NCBI GenBank assembly: GCA_965230935.1
Contig: OZ246400.1
Coordinates: forward strand, 848,864 to 912,863
Source: an uncultured Gammaproteobacteria bacterium
GTDB lineage: Bacteria > Patescibacteriota > Patescibacteriia > Magasanikbacterales > JBBTQS01
Direction of reading: 5' to 3'
Length of the DNA stretch: 64,000 bases
Within the stretch, counting starts at the first letter, position 1. Every line of letters begins with the position of its first letter. The notes under the pieces were generated by a model that did not search any database, had not been told where the DNA came from, and saw only the letters and a list, made by a program, of their open reading frames with translations. Positions 48,969 to 58,056 of this stretch are shown piece after piece. The position numbers were made by a program, and so were the translations under genes.

Positions 48969-50492
48969 TTAGCGAGCGTATTCAATAACTCGTGTCTCGC
49001 GGATCACTGTGACCTTTACTTCACCAGGATATTTGATTTCTGACTCAATATTGCGAGCAATATTCTTGGCCAAGCCAAATGCACCGTAATCGTCCAGATT
49101 TTTAGGGTTCACAAACACGCGAATTTCACGTCCTGCCTGAATCGCATAGGCTTTTTCAACTCCAGGATGGCTATTAGCTATGTTTTCAAGTTCTTCAAGC
49201 TTTTGGATATACAGCTCATGAGAGTCTCGTCGGGCTCCTGGACGTGCCCCAGAAAGCGCATCTGCTACTTTGGAAATCGAACCAAGCAATGTCTTTGGTG
49301 CGTCCTCATGATGGGCAACACAACAATAGGCAATCTCTTCCGGCATGTTGAATTTTTTCATGATGGCATAGCCAATTTCTGGATGTCCTCCTTGAGTTTC
49401 GTGATCTACCGCTTTTCCAATATCATGGAACAATCCTGCTTTTTTGGCAGCAACCGGGTCAGCGCCTAACTCTTTTGCAAGCATTTCAGAGAAATATGCC
49501 ACTTCTTTTGAATGTTTGAGTTGGTTTTGGCCAAAGCTGGTGCGGTATTTCAATCGTCCTAAAATAGACACAAGCTTTGGATCAATGCCGGTAATACCAA
49601 GTTCATACAGCACTTCTTCACCGGCGCGTTTAATATCAAGTGCTAACTCCTTTTTGGCCTCTTCAACAAAGTTTTCAATACGCGCCGGATGGATCCGACC
49701 ATCTTTAAGCAGTTTCTCTAATGTGATTCGTGCCACTTGACGACGAATCGGCGCAAAACTTGAGATAGTAACCACACCAGGGGTCTCATCGATAATAAAG
49801 TCACAGCCGGTGAGGCGCTCAAGCATGCGGATGTTGCGCCCCTCTTTTCCAATAATGCGTCCCTTCATTTCTTCATTAGGGATTTCTACCACGCTGGTTG
49901 CATTTTCTGAGACTGTTGAAGCCGCATACCGTTCCATAATGACCGAGAGTTTGCGATTGGCAATGCGCTCAAGTTCTTCTTCGTCTTCTCGTTGGAGTTT
50001 TTGGATGCGACTTGCAAGCTCTTCTTTTGATTGCTCTTCTACTTTTTCGAGCAACTGTGTTTTGGCGTCTTCCACTGATAATTTTGCCACTCCTTCAAGC
50101 TTGGTAATTTCTTGATTGCGGATGTCCTCAATCTCAGTTGCCTTATTTTTGACTAATTCGATCTGCTCTTTGAGCTTTTCTTGTCGATCCTGAAACTCCA
50201 TGAGCTTTTGATCAAACATGTTTTCTCGTTTTTCAAGTCGATCTTGTGTTTGTTTGAGCTCATTGCGTCGGGTTTGTTCTTCTTTTTTGGCTTCATCTAA
50301 TACATGCAATGCCTTCTCCTTGGCCTCAAGCATGATCTGTTGCTGTTTGGCTTTGGTCTCGGTGAGCATTTTGTCAGCTCGTGCTTCAATAGAGTTGGCA
50401 TTGGCAGCAGCAAGTTGCTTGCGCAACACGTACCCAATAGCAAAACCGACAATGGCAGTACCCAGTGCAATAAGAATGGTAGTGGTAGTCAT
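48969..50492 (-). CDS. rny: Ribonuclease Y
   Basis: N-terminal TM segment, coiled coil, KH domain (IGKEGRNIR) and HD domain (GLFHDIGK). Confidence 0.93.
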   Translation of the reverse strand: MTTTTILIALGTAIVGFAIGYVLRKQLAAANANSIEARADKMLTETKAKQQQIMLEAKEKALHVLDEAKKEEQTRRNELKQTQDRLEKRENMFDQKLMEFQDRQEKLKEQIELVKNKATEIEDIRNQEITKLEGVAKLSVEDAKTQLLEKVEEQSKEELASRIQKLQREDEEELERIANRKLSVIMERYAASTVSENATSVVEIPNEEMKGRIIGKEGRNIRMLERLTGCDFIIDETPGVVTISSFAPIRRQVARITLEKLLKDGRIHPARIENFVEEAKKELALDIKRAGEEVLYELGITGIDPKLVSILGRLKYRTSFGQNQLKHSKEVAYFSEMLAKELGADPVAAKKAGLFHDIGKAVDHETQGGHPEIGYAIMKKFNMPEEIAYCCVAHHEDAPKTLLGSISKVADALSGARPGARRDSHELYIQKLEELENIANSHPGVEKAYAIQAGREIRVFVNPKNLDDYGAFGLAKNIARNIESEIKYPGEVKVTVIRETRVIEYAR

Positions 50493-50683
50493 ATGATTTT
50501 GGTGGTGCCAAAATCAAAAGAGAAGATCACACGAAGTTATTCTCGTGTGAGAGTCAGTGTGTGGGTGAGATAAGTAAAACGTGTGTACATAAGTGACTCA
50601 ACCAGATGCTGTCTGACGATCTTCGCTTCAATTTCAGCAATTACCTTACAAAATTAAATTTCTGTACCGCTAGTGTAGCGTAT

Positions 50684-51364
50684 TTATGCTTGATTGGCAA
50701 GTGTTAGTGACTGCCAGTTTTCAGTGGTGATTTGGGTAATTTCATGGCATTGATCAAGGGAATATTGACCAATTCGTGTGCGAGTAAGTGCACTGGCATA
50801 GGCGCCGCAGCCAAGTGTTTGACCGATGTCATGGATAAGCGTCCGGATGTAGGTTCCAGGACCACATACAATACGCAATTGTGCTTGTTGATTTTGGGTA
50901 TCAACGTGGAGCAGTTCAATAGATGAGATGCTAATGGTTGTTGGTTGGCGGGCAATAGTTTTTCCAGCACGCGCCAATTCATACAGTTTTTTTCCTTGAA
51001 TTTTTTTGGCACTATACATTGGTGGTATTTGTGAGATGTTGCCAATAAATTTGGGGAGAACTTGTTGAAGAGTCTCTTGGGTGATTGTTGCAGGATGAGG
51101 ATGTGGTGTAATGATGCCGTCACTATCTTGAGTGTCGCTGACGGCACCAAATTGTGCAGTGGCAATATATTCTTTTTCAAGCGCTTTAAATTGATCAATA
51201 GATTTGGTGCTTTCGCGAGTAATGGCGACAATAAGTACCCCGGTAGCAAAAGGGTCAAGTGTGCCAGCGTGGCCGATTTTTTTCTCACCAGTAATACTGC
51301 GTAATTTAGCGACAATATCGTGAGAAGTCCATTCTTTTGGTTTATTGATGCACACAAATGGCAT
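50684..51364 (-). CDS. truB: tRNA pseudouridine-55 synthase TruB
   Basis: GHAGTLDPFATGVL motif. Confidence 0.92.
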   Translation of the reverse strand: MPFVCINKPKEWTSHDIVAKLRSITGEKKIGHAGTLDPFATGVLIVAITRESTKSIDQFKALEKEYIATAQFGAVSDTQDSDGIITPHPHPATITQETLQQVLPKFIGNISQIPPMYSAKKIQGKKLYELARAGKTIARQPTTISISSIELLHVDTQNQQAQLRIVCGPGTYIRTLIHDIGQTLGCGAYASALTRTRIGQYSLDQCHEITQITTENWQSLTLANQA

Positions 51365-51513
51365 ATACTGAGTTTTAGGATTGATAATATGTTCAAACTA
51401 TACTAGTATCATCAATACTACTCAAGACAAGTCATGACGGATGGTGCGTGTCCTATATTTAGGGTAGGCATGGTCCGTTATACAGCCACGGGTTGGTTGG
51501 AGGAGTACCTCAG

Positions 51514-52416
51514 ATGATAATTGAAGTCGGCCCAGACGGGGGGAGCGTAAAGCATCCTCCTCCTGCTGGCAGCAGCGAAGACCGGCGGCGTCGTGGCCGT
51601 AGCAGAGGTCGACGCGGTGGTCGGCGAGGAAAAGGAACAGGAGGTTCAAAACTCGATTCGTCAAATAGGGCCTCGGGTGGTGCAGACCCTCCTAGGCTAG
51701 TCGTAAGGGGGAAAGAACCACCATCGGATAGTCCTCCCGACGAGTCAGTGTTACTGGCCGCACAGTTGATGGAGCTTGTAGAGGGCTCTTTAGACTCGAG
51801 CGGGTTGCCAGGCTTGCGGGAATTTGATCCTGAGTTGAGCTCAGAGGATCGCGAGGAGTTGCGTCAACGGTTTCGAGAGGTCGTGGCCAAGTTGTGCGCG
51901 CACGTGGATCAGTTGCAGCTTCACCAGCTGGCGCTCCAGCCAGATGTCGGTGGACCGCTTCGCGAGGTGCGTCTATGCTTGCTCGGCTGGATGGATCTTG
52001 CGAGTGCTCGACGCAAAGCGGTGTATGCGGCGCTTGATCGCGCAATACTCGCCTTGATCGCGCAAGAGGAGAGCGACCCAAAGGAGTCACTTGGACGTAC
52101 CCAGCGTCGGCGGCGTGAGCGACGTTCACGGATTGCACGTCAAGTGCGACAGCTTCGCTTGCGCCTGGAATCTATCCATCCCGGCAAGGATGGTATGAGT
52201 TTTCAGGAGTACGATCTTGTGCGTCCGGCCCTTGAAGGGCAAATTCGTCGATTGGCTGAAGTTCGAGATTTGAGACGCAACAGACGGGCACAGACCCTCT
52301 TTGCTCATCTGCTCGAGACTCTGCCTATGTGGCGCGGGCTTCCAAGAGCAGAACGACGAGTAGTGCTCTATGAGCTCAGACGGCTTGAGAGGCTGTTCAC
52401 GGACTCAGACTCGTAG
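51514..52416 (+). CDS. High-GC hypothetical protein (300 aa; Arg/Gly-rich N-terminus, Arg/Leu-rich helical remainder)
   Basis: GGAGGAG RBS 7 nt upstream of the ATG at 51514. About 60% GC; the antisense ORF is noise. No recognisable domain. Confidence 0.55.
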   Translation: MIIEVGPDGGSVKHPPPAGSSEDRRRRGRSRGRRGGRRGKGTGGSKLDSSNRASGGADPPRLVVRGKEPPSDSPPDESVLLAAQLMELVEGSLDSSGLPGLREFDPELSSEDREELRQRFREVVAKLCAHVDQLQLHQLALQPDVGGPLREVRLCLLGWMDLASARRKAVYAALDRAILALIAQEESDPKESLGRTQRRRRERRSRIARQVRQLRLRLESIHPGKDGMSFQEYDLVRPALEGQIRRLAEVRDLRRNRRAQTLFAHLLETLPMWRGLPRAERRVVLYELRRLERLFTDSDS

Positions 52417-52443
52417 TCCATACCATCCAACAAACAACACGAT

Positions 52444-52471
52444 GCAGCGTCAACGGCGCTGCTTTGGTTTT
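52444..52471 (+). terminator. Hairpin terminator (gcagcg-tcaacgg-cgctgc followed by TTTGGTTTT) ending island 3
   Basis: Read directly from the sequence. Confidence 0.45.
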
Positions 52472-52491
52472 GGGCTGATATGTCCTGAATC

Positions 52492-52519
52492 TTGCATTTT
52501 TTCTCGATTTTGCTATACT
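52492..52519 (+). promoter_or_regulatory. Promoter TTGCAT-N16-TGcTATACT for infB
   Basis: Read directly from the sequence. Confidence 0.5.
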
Positions 52520-52537
52520 CCCAGCACATTTCATCCT

Positions 52538-54580
52538 ATGAACGTCACTGAACTTGCACGGCGCATGCGCATGAACACCGCAACGCTCCTGGAAATTCTC
52601 CCGGAGTTTGGTTTTGATATTGGGAAACGCGCGATTAAAGTAGATGATCGGATTGCGCAGAAGATTTTGCGGCAAAGTAAATACATTAAAGAGGCGCTTG
52701 AGAAGCGTAAAGAAGAAGAGGCAAAAAAGCGCAAAGAGTTGGAACGTCAGATGCGTCAGGAAAAAGGGGAGAGTGTTGTGATTCCTGATCGTATTACCGT
52801 ACGCGAATTTGCTGATCGGCTTGGGTTGCCGGTAACAACAATTATTGCGGAGTTGATGAAGAATGGTATTTTGGCAAACTTAAATGAAAATATTGATCGG
52901 GATACCGCAACTGTGTTAGCCGAAGACCTTGGTTTTATTGTACAGCAGCAAGATCAAGATGCTCAGGAAGTTGAAAGTGAGCAGGTGGTTGATTCTCTTG
53001 AGACGGCACTTGGTCAACAAGATAGCGAGGCATTTGTTGCTCGTCCACCGGTTGTGGTGGTGATGGGACATGTAGATCATGGAAAAACAAGCTTGCTTGA
53101 TGCGGTGCGTAAGACCAATGTAATTGCCGGTGAATCCGGTGGAATTACCCAACACATTGGTGCCTATCAGGTTGATCACACCATGAAAGAGGGTGGTGAA
53201 TCTCGTAAAGTGACTTTTGTTGATACTCCAGGACATGAGGCGTTTACGGTTATGCGATCACGTGGTGCGCGAGTTGCTGATATTGCGATTTTAGTGGTGG
53301 CTGCTGATGATGGGGTCATGCCACAGACTGTTGAAGCAATTGATATTATCAATGCGGCAAAGTTGCCCATGGTTGTGGCAATCAACAAGATGGACAAAGA
53401 AGGTGCAAATCCTGAAAAAGTAAAAACAGAACTTTCACAGCGTAATATTGTTCCAGAAGAGTGGGGAGGAAAAGTACCGATGGTGCAGATTTCTGCCAAA
53501 GAAGGGACAAACATCGACGCCTTGCTTGAAACGGTATTGCTGATGGCTGATGTTCACGAAGAGGCAATTGTAGCAGATCCTGACCATTCTGCTGTTGGAA
53601 CCGTGGTTGAGTCCCATGTTGATAAAGGTGAGGGGCCAGTTGCTACGATTTTGGTCCAAGCTGGCACCCTTCGTCGTGGTGATGTTTTGGCAGTGAATGG
53701 ACAGATCTATGGAACGGTTCGGGCAATGAAAGATTTTCGTGCAGATGATGTTAAAGAGGCTGGTCCGTCAATGCCGGTCAAGATTTTGGGATTCAAAGCT
53801 GCTCCGTCAGTTGGTGATATTTTAGATGTGGCTGCAGCAAAAGATGCCACAAAGATTAAGAAAACCAAGACAACTAGTAAGCCAGCTACCGTGGTTGCGC
53901 CGGTATCCTCATCTGATGAAGATGAAGAAGACGAAGGCAAGAAAAAGATGTTGTACGTAGTGCTGAAAGCCGATGTGCTTGGTTCGCTTGAGGCAATTTT
54001 GGCGTCAATTGAAAAGTTTGTGCATGATGAAGTCGGGGTGAAGGTTGTGGGTAAAGGTCTTGGCAATATCACCGAGGCTGAGATTGATCGCGCAACATCC
54101 ACTGGTGCGCAAGTATTTGCGTTTCATGTAGCGGTTCCACCATCAGTAAAAGACTTGGCAAAAGATAAAGAAGTGGTGGTGCAGCGTTTTGAAGTGATTT
54201 ATAAGTTGCTTGAGTATATTGAAGCAGAGTTGCAAAAGCTTTTGCCGTCAGAGCGCATTGTGCATGAATTGGGTCATGCAACCGTGAAGGCGATTTTCCG
54301 TAAAGATAAAAGTGCTATGACGGTTGGATCGTTGTTGGAGGATGGTAAGTTTACCTTGGAGGCGCGCGTGCGCATCAAGCGCGGTGGTGAGGTGATTGGA
54401 GATGGTAAGATTGAGAGTTTGCAGATTGGTGCCTCAAAAGAAAAAGAGATTCCCGCAGGAACTGAGTTTGGTATGCGGGTAGTAAGCAAGACAGGAATTG
54501 AAGAGGGTGATATACTGGAAGCCTACACCGAAGAGGTGAAGCAGCGAAAAATTGAATTTAAACACGTTACTCAAGAGTAA
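52538..54580 (+). CDS. infB: Translation initiation factor IF-2
   Basis: IF2-N domain (MNVTELARRMRM), G-domain ([12 protein letters not shown]) and a C-terminal beta-barrel. The start is set at 52538 rather than the long ORF-track start. Confidence 0.93.
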   Translation: MNVTELARRMRMNTATLLEILPEFGFDIGKRAIKVDDRIAQKILRQSKYIKEALEKRKEEEAKKRKELERQMRQEKGESVVIPDRITVREFADRLGLPVTTIIAELMKNGILANLNENIDRDTATVLAEDLGFIVQQQDQDAQEVESEQVVDSLETALGQQDSEAFVARPPVVVVMGHVDHGKTSLLDAVRKTNVIAGESGGITQHIGAYQVDHTMKEGGESRKVTFVDTPGHEAFTVMRSRGARVADIAILVVAADDGVMPQTVEAIDIINAAKLPMVVAINKMDKEGANPEKVKTELSQRNIVPEEWGGKVPMVQISAKEGTNIDALLETVLLMADVHEEAIVADPDHSAVGTVVESHVDKGEGPVATILVQAGTLRRGDVLAVNGQIYGTVRAMKDFRADDVKEAGPSMPVKILGFKAAPSVGDILDVAAAKDATKIKKTKTTSKPATVVAPVSSSDEDEEDEGKKKMLYVVLKADVLGSLEAILASIEKFVHDEVGVKVVGKGLGNITEAEIDRATSTGAQVFAFHVAVPPSVKDLAKDKEVVVQRFEVIYKLLEYIEAELQKLLPSERIVHELGHATVKAIFRKDKSAMTVGSLLEDGKFTLEARVRIKRGGEVIGDGKIESLQIGASKEKEIPAGTEFGMRVVSKTGIEEGDILEAYTEEVKQRKIEFKHVTQE

Positions 54581-54592
54581 ATTTGAATCATT

Positions 54593-54910
54593 ATGGATAT
54601 CACAGATGCAAATTTTGAAACCGAAGTTTTGAAGAGTGAAGTGCCAGTACTGGTTGATTTTTGGGCACCGTGGTGTGGACCATGCCAAATGATGAAGCCG
54701 CTGGTTGAAGAGATGGAGCAGGAATTAAATGGCAAAGGTGAGTACAAAGTAGTAAAAATGAATGTGGATGAGAATTCAGCAACTCCTGGTAAATATGGGG
54801 TGATGAGTATCCCAGCGTTTAAGGTGTTTAAAGGTGGTGAGGTGGTTGGACAGGCTGTTGGTGGGCAGACCAAGGAGCAATTGATGGAGCTGTTGGGTCA
54901 GGCAAAGTAA
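54593..54910 (+). CDS. trxA: Thioredoxin
   Basis: WCGPC active site. Confidence 0.93.
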   Translation: MDITDANFETEVLKSEVPVLVDFWAPWCGPCQMMKPLVEEMEQELNGKGEYKVVKMNVDENSATPGKYGVMSIPAFKVFKGGEVVGQAVGGQTKEQLMELLGQAK

Positions 54911-54933
54911 ATTAGTAAAAAATGATTTTTATT

Positions 54934-54958
54934 AAGCGCCCTTCGGGCGCTTTTTTGT
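54934..54958 (+). terminator. Intrinsic terminator after trxA (aagcgccc-ttcg-ggcgctttttt)
   Basis: Read directly from the sequence. Confidence 0.7.
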
Positions 54959-55005
54959 GCCGTTGACTTTTCCTTCACTTTTCGCGAGAATAAAGACACT
55001 GTCTT

Positions 55006-57978
55006 ATGAAAGAATACGATTTTCAATCTATTGAGCCTAAATGGCAGAAATACTGGGAAAAGCACGGCACGTTTCGTGCGCATGATTTTTCAGCTGACAA
55101 GCCCAAGTACTATCCATTAGTTGAGTTTCCGTATCCATCGGGTGCTGGTTTGCATGTTGGTCATCCACGTCCATACACTGCGCTTGATATTGTGGCGCGC
55201 AAACGTCGCATGGAAGGCTACAATGTGCTTTATCCCATTGGGTGGGATGCATTTGGGTTGCCGACGGAAAACTACGCCATTAAGACCGGTCGTCCGCCGG
55301 CTGAAGTTACTGCCGAGAATATCGAGACATTTACGCAGCAGATCAAGTCTTTGGGTATTTCATTTGATTGGTCACGCGAGGTAAATACCACTGACCCATC
55401 ATATTATAAGTGGACACAATGGATTTTTTTGAAATTATTTGAACATGGCTTGGCTTATAAAGCGAATATTCCAATCAACTGGTGTTTGTCATGCAAGATT
55501 GGATTGGCTAACGAAGAAGTGGTGGAAGGGAAGTGTGAGCGGTGTGGTGGTGAAGTAGAGAAGCGTGACAAAGAACAATGGATGCTGGCGATCACCAAAT
55601 ATGCTGATCGACTGCTTGCAGATTTGGACACCATTGATTACATCGAGCGTGCGAAGGTGCAGCAACGCAATTGGATTGGGCGAAGTGAAGGGGTGCGCTG
55701 GGTTCAGAAGATCAAAGATTTTGATATTGAGATCAAAGCATTTGATTCAGTACCACAAACCTACATGGCGCAAACATTTGCCGTGATTGCTGCGGATCAT
55801 CCATTGCTTAAGACGTTGGTTGAAGGTACTGAGCATGAGGGGCCAGTCATGAAAAAAGCTAAAGAGATTTTGGCGGCTAAGATGAGTGACAAATATGACG
55901 AAGATAAGCAGATGGAGGGCATTTTTACCGGTCGCTACATTGAGGATCCGTTTGGCACAGGGGATTTACCGATTTGGGTTGCATCATTTGCTATTGCTGA
56001 TTATGGATCTGGGATTGTGAATTGTAGTGCCCATGATGAGCGAGATTTTGCGTTTGCCAAAAAGTTTGATATTCCGTTGCGGCCAGTGATGTTCCCAGAA
56101 GATAAGGACGAGGCGCAAAAGGTTCGCGATTTGGAGTATTGTTATCATCACGATGAGAATGCCGTGCTTGCCGCTCCTGAGCAATTTGCTGGGCGTAAAT
56201 GGGGTGAGGCGCGCGAGGATATTATTGCGCATGTTGAAAGCCTTGGTATTGGCGAGCGAGCAGTACAATATAAATTGCGTGATTGGGTATTTTCTCGTCA
56301 GCGCTATTGGGGAGAGCCGATTCCTTTGGTTAAATGCGAGCCATGTGGTGGATGGATACCAATTCCGATTGAGCAACTTCCACTTACGTTGCCCGAAGTT
56401 AAAAAATACGAACCAACTGATACCGGGGAGTCACCGCTGGCAGCAATGGAGGATTGGGTAAACACCACGTGTCCAAAATGTGGTGGGCCGGCTAAGCGTG
56501 AGACCGATACCATGCCAAACTGGGCCGGGAGTAGTTGGTACTTTTTGCGCTATTGTAGCCCGGATGATCCAGAGTTTTTCACGCATGAGAAAAAATGGAA
56601 GCGCGACGCAATCGAGCCAAATGATCATGACAAGGCGGTGTGGCAAACGTTTATGTTATTGCGTGATGCGTTTTCCAGTGCTGGTGTGCGATTTTGGGTG
56701 TGTGGAAGCCTGCTGATTAATGCACTTAACCGCGCAATCTGGAAACACATGGACGATTTAGACATTCATGTGCACAGCCGGGATTATGAGCAGGCAATTG
56801 CACTGTTGGAGTCATTAGGTATGACTATGAATCAACGACGAGAGGGAAGTTGTCAGATGACCCATGGTGAAGTGGATATTGAGTTGATCGCAATTGATGA
56901 AGCAAATGGCCACCAATATTCCTATTATGCCAATGGTCAGCGTATTGTTTTGGCGCGTAATGACTGGGAGTTGGTAGAGCGTGGCGAGCTGTTTGGTGAG
57001 AGCTTCAGTACAGTGTCTCCTTGGCATGCGTTGTGGCAGTATACGTATTTGCAAAAATATTTCGAACGAGAAAAAGAAGGTGATGAAGATAAGAAAGCTT
57101 TCTTGAAAGAATATCTGGAGGATCCGGTAAATTATTGGATGGGTGTTGATTGGTATAACGGTGGTATGGAACATACCGTATTGCATTTGTTGTATTCACG
57201 GTTCTGGAACAAGTTTTTGTTTGACATTGGTGCTGTGCCAGTGAGCGAGCCGTACAATAAACGCACCAGCCATGGATTGATCTTGGCTGAAGGTGGAGAG
57301 AAGATGAGTAAATCTCGGGGGAATGTTATTAATCCAAATGAGATTGTGGAGCAGTTTGGCGCGGACACATTGCGCACATATGAAATGTTTATTGGACCAT
57401 TTGATCAGCATGCGGCATGGTCTACCAAAGGATTGGTTGGGGTACATCGATTTTTAGAAAGGATCTGGAAGGTTCAGGAAAAGGTTGATCAGGTGGCTGA
57501 TGATCAGGTTGATTCGGCATTGATGCAAAAGATGCATTACACCATTGCCAAGGTTGATGCTGATATTGAAGCGATGCGGTTTAACACGGCGATTGCCGCA
57601 CTCATGGAATTAAACAATGTATTGATGAAAGAGGAGGTGGTACCGCTTTCGGTGTATCGAACGTTGGTGCAATTATTAAGTCCTTTTGCGCCGCATCTGT
57701 GTGAAGAGCTTTGGCAAACATTTGGTGATTCTGATGTTTCGATTTCAAAAGCCCAGTGGCCAGTTGTTGATCCTACTTGGTTAGTACATGAAGAAGTTAC
57801 CATTGTGGTGCAAGTAAACGGAAAGGTTCGTGCGCAAGTAGATGTGAGTGTAGATATTCCTGAAGATGAGCTTAAAGCATTGGCATTAGCTGAGCCAAAA
57901 GTCGCTAAATGGCTTGATGGGAAAACGCCGCAAAAGATAATTGTGGTTGCAGGAAAGTTGGTGAGCATTGTGGTCTAA
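55006..57978 (+). CDS. leuS: Leucyl-tRNA synthetase carrying an extra roughly 175-aa insertion
   Basis: HVGH and KMSKS motifs, a CP1 region and zinc knuckles. At 990 aa it is well above the typical bacterial length. Confidence 0.93.
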   Translation: MKEYDFQSIEPKWQKYWEKHGTFRAHDFSADKPKYYPLVEFPYPSGAGLHVGHPRPYTALDIVARKRRMEGYNVLYPIGWDAFGLPTENYAIKTGRPPAEVTAENIETFTQQIKSLGISFDWSREVNTTDPSYYKWTQWIFLKLFEHGLAYKANIPINWCLSCKIGLANEEVVEGKCERCGGEVEKRDKEQWMLAITKYADRLLADLDTIDYIERAKVQQRNWIGRSEGVRWVQKIKDFDIEIKAFDSVPQTYMAQTFAVIAADHPLLKTLVEGTEHEGPVMKKAKEILAAKMSDKYDEDKQMEGIFTGRYIEDPFGTGDLPIWVASFAIADYGSGIVNCSAHDERDFAFAKKFDIPLRPVMFPEDKDEAQKVRDLEYCYHHDENAVLAAPEQFAGRKWGEAREDIIAHVESLGIGERAVQYKLRDWVFSRQRYWGEPIPLVKCEPCGGWIPIPIEQLPLTLPEVKKYEPTDTGESPLAAMEDWVNTTCPKCGGPAKRETDTMPNWAGSSWYFLRYCSPDDPEFFTHEKKWKRDAIEPNDHDKAVWQTFMLLRDAFSSAGVRFWVCGSLLINALNRAIWKHMDDLDIHVHSRDYEQAIALLESLGMTMNQRREGSCQMTHGEVDIELIAIDEANGHQYSYYANGQRIVLARNDWELVERGELFGESFSTVSPWHALWQYTYLQKYFEREKEGDEDKKAFLKEYLEDPVNYWMGVDWYNGGMEHTVLHLLYSRFWNKFLFDIGAVPVSEPYNKRTSHGLILAEGGEKMSKSRGNVINPNEIVEQFGADTLRTYEMFIGPFDQHAAWSTKGLVGVHRFLERIWKVQEKVDQVADDQVDSALMQKMHYTIAKVDADIEAMRFNTAIAALMELNNVLMKEEVVPLSVYRTLVQLLSPFAPHLCEELWQTFGDSDVSISKAQWPVVDPTWLVHEEVTIVVQVNGKVRAQVDVSVDIPEDELKALALAEPKVAKWLDGKTPQKIIVVAGKLVSIVV
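56600..57125 (+). other. Inserted domain within LeuS resembling the Lnu/ANT(2'') nucleotidyltransferase fold (PF10706-like), likely degenerate
   Basis: RFWVCGSLLINAL...KHMDDLDIHVHSRDYEQAIALLESLG...EVDIELIAI parallels YWLDGGWGVDVL...REHRDIDIDFDAQHTQKVIQKLEDIG...YLDIHPINL of Lnu(A) and the ANT(2'')-Ia pattern. The insert lies between YFLRY and the GGMEH motif. Confidence 0.45.
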
Positions 57979-57994
57979 TCGTGGATATAGTGGG

Positions 57995-58023
57995 GAGCCT
58001 GGCATGTTGCCAGGCTCTTTTTA
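57995..58023 (+). terminator. Intrinsic terminator after leuS (gagcctggca-tgt-tgccaggctc followed by TTTTT)
   Basis: Read directly from the sequence. Confidence 0.75.
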
Positions 58024-58056
58024 ATTAGATATACTGATCTAATTTTCATCTCGGTC

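Noticed and set aside
50704-51396. 230-aa alternative-frame minus-strand ORF overlapping truB.
   Set aside because: The 226-aa frame carries the TruB catalytic motif GHAGTLDPFATGVL. The other frame is spurious.
52370-52537. Long N-terminal extension of infB in the ORF track, which overlaps the 3' end of the island 3 gene.
   Set aside because: The IF2-N domain begins at MNVTELARRM (52538). That start is preceded by a consensus promoter at 52492 and by the island terminator, so the upstream part is non-coding.
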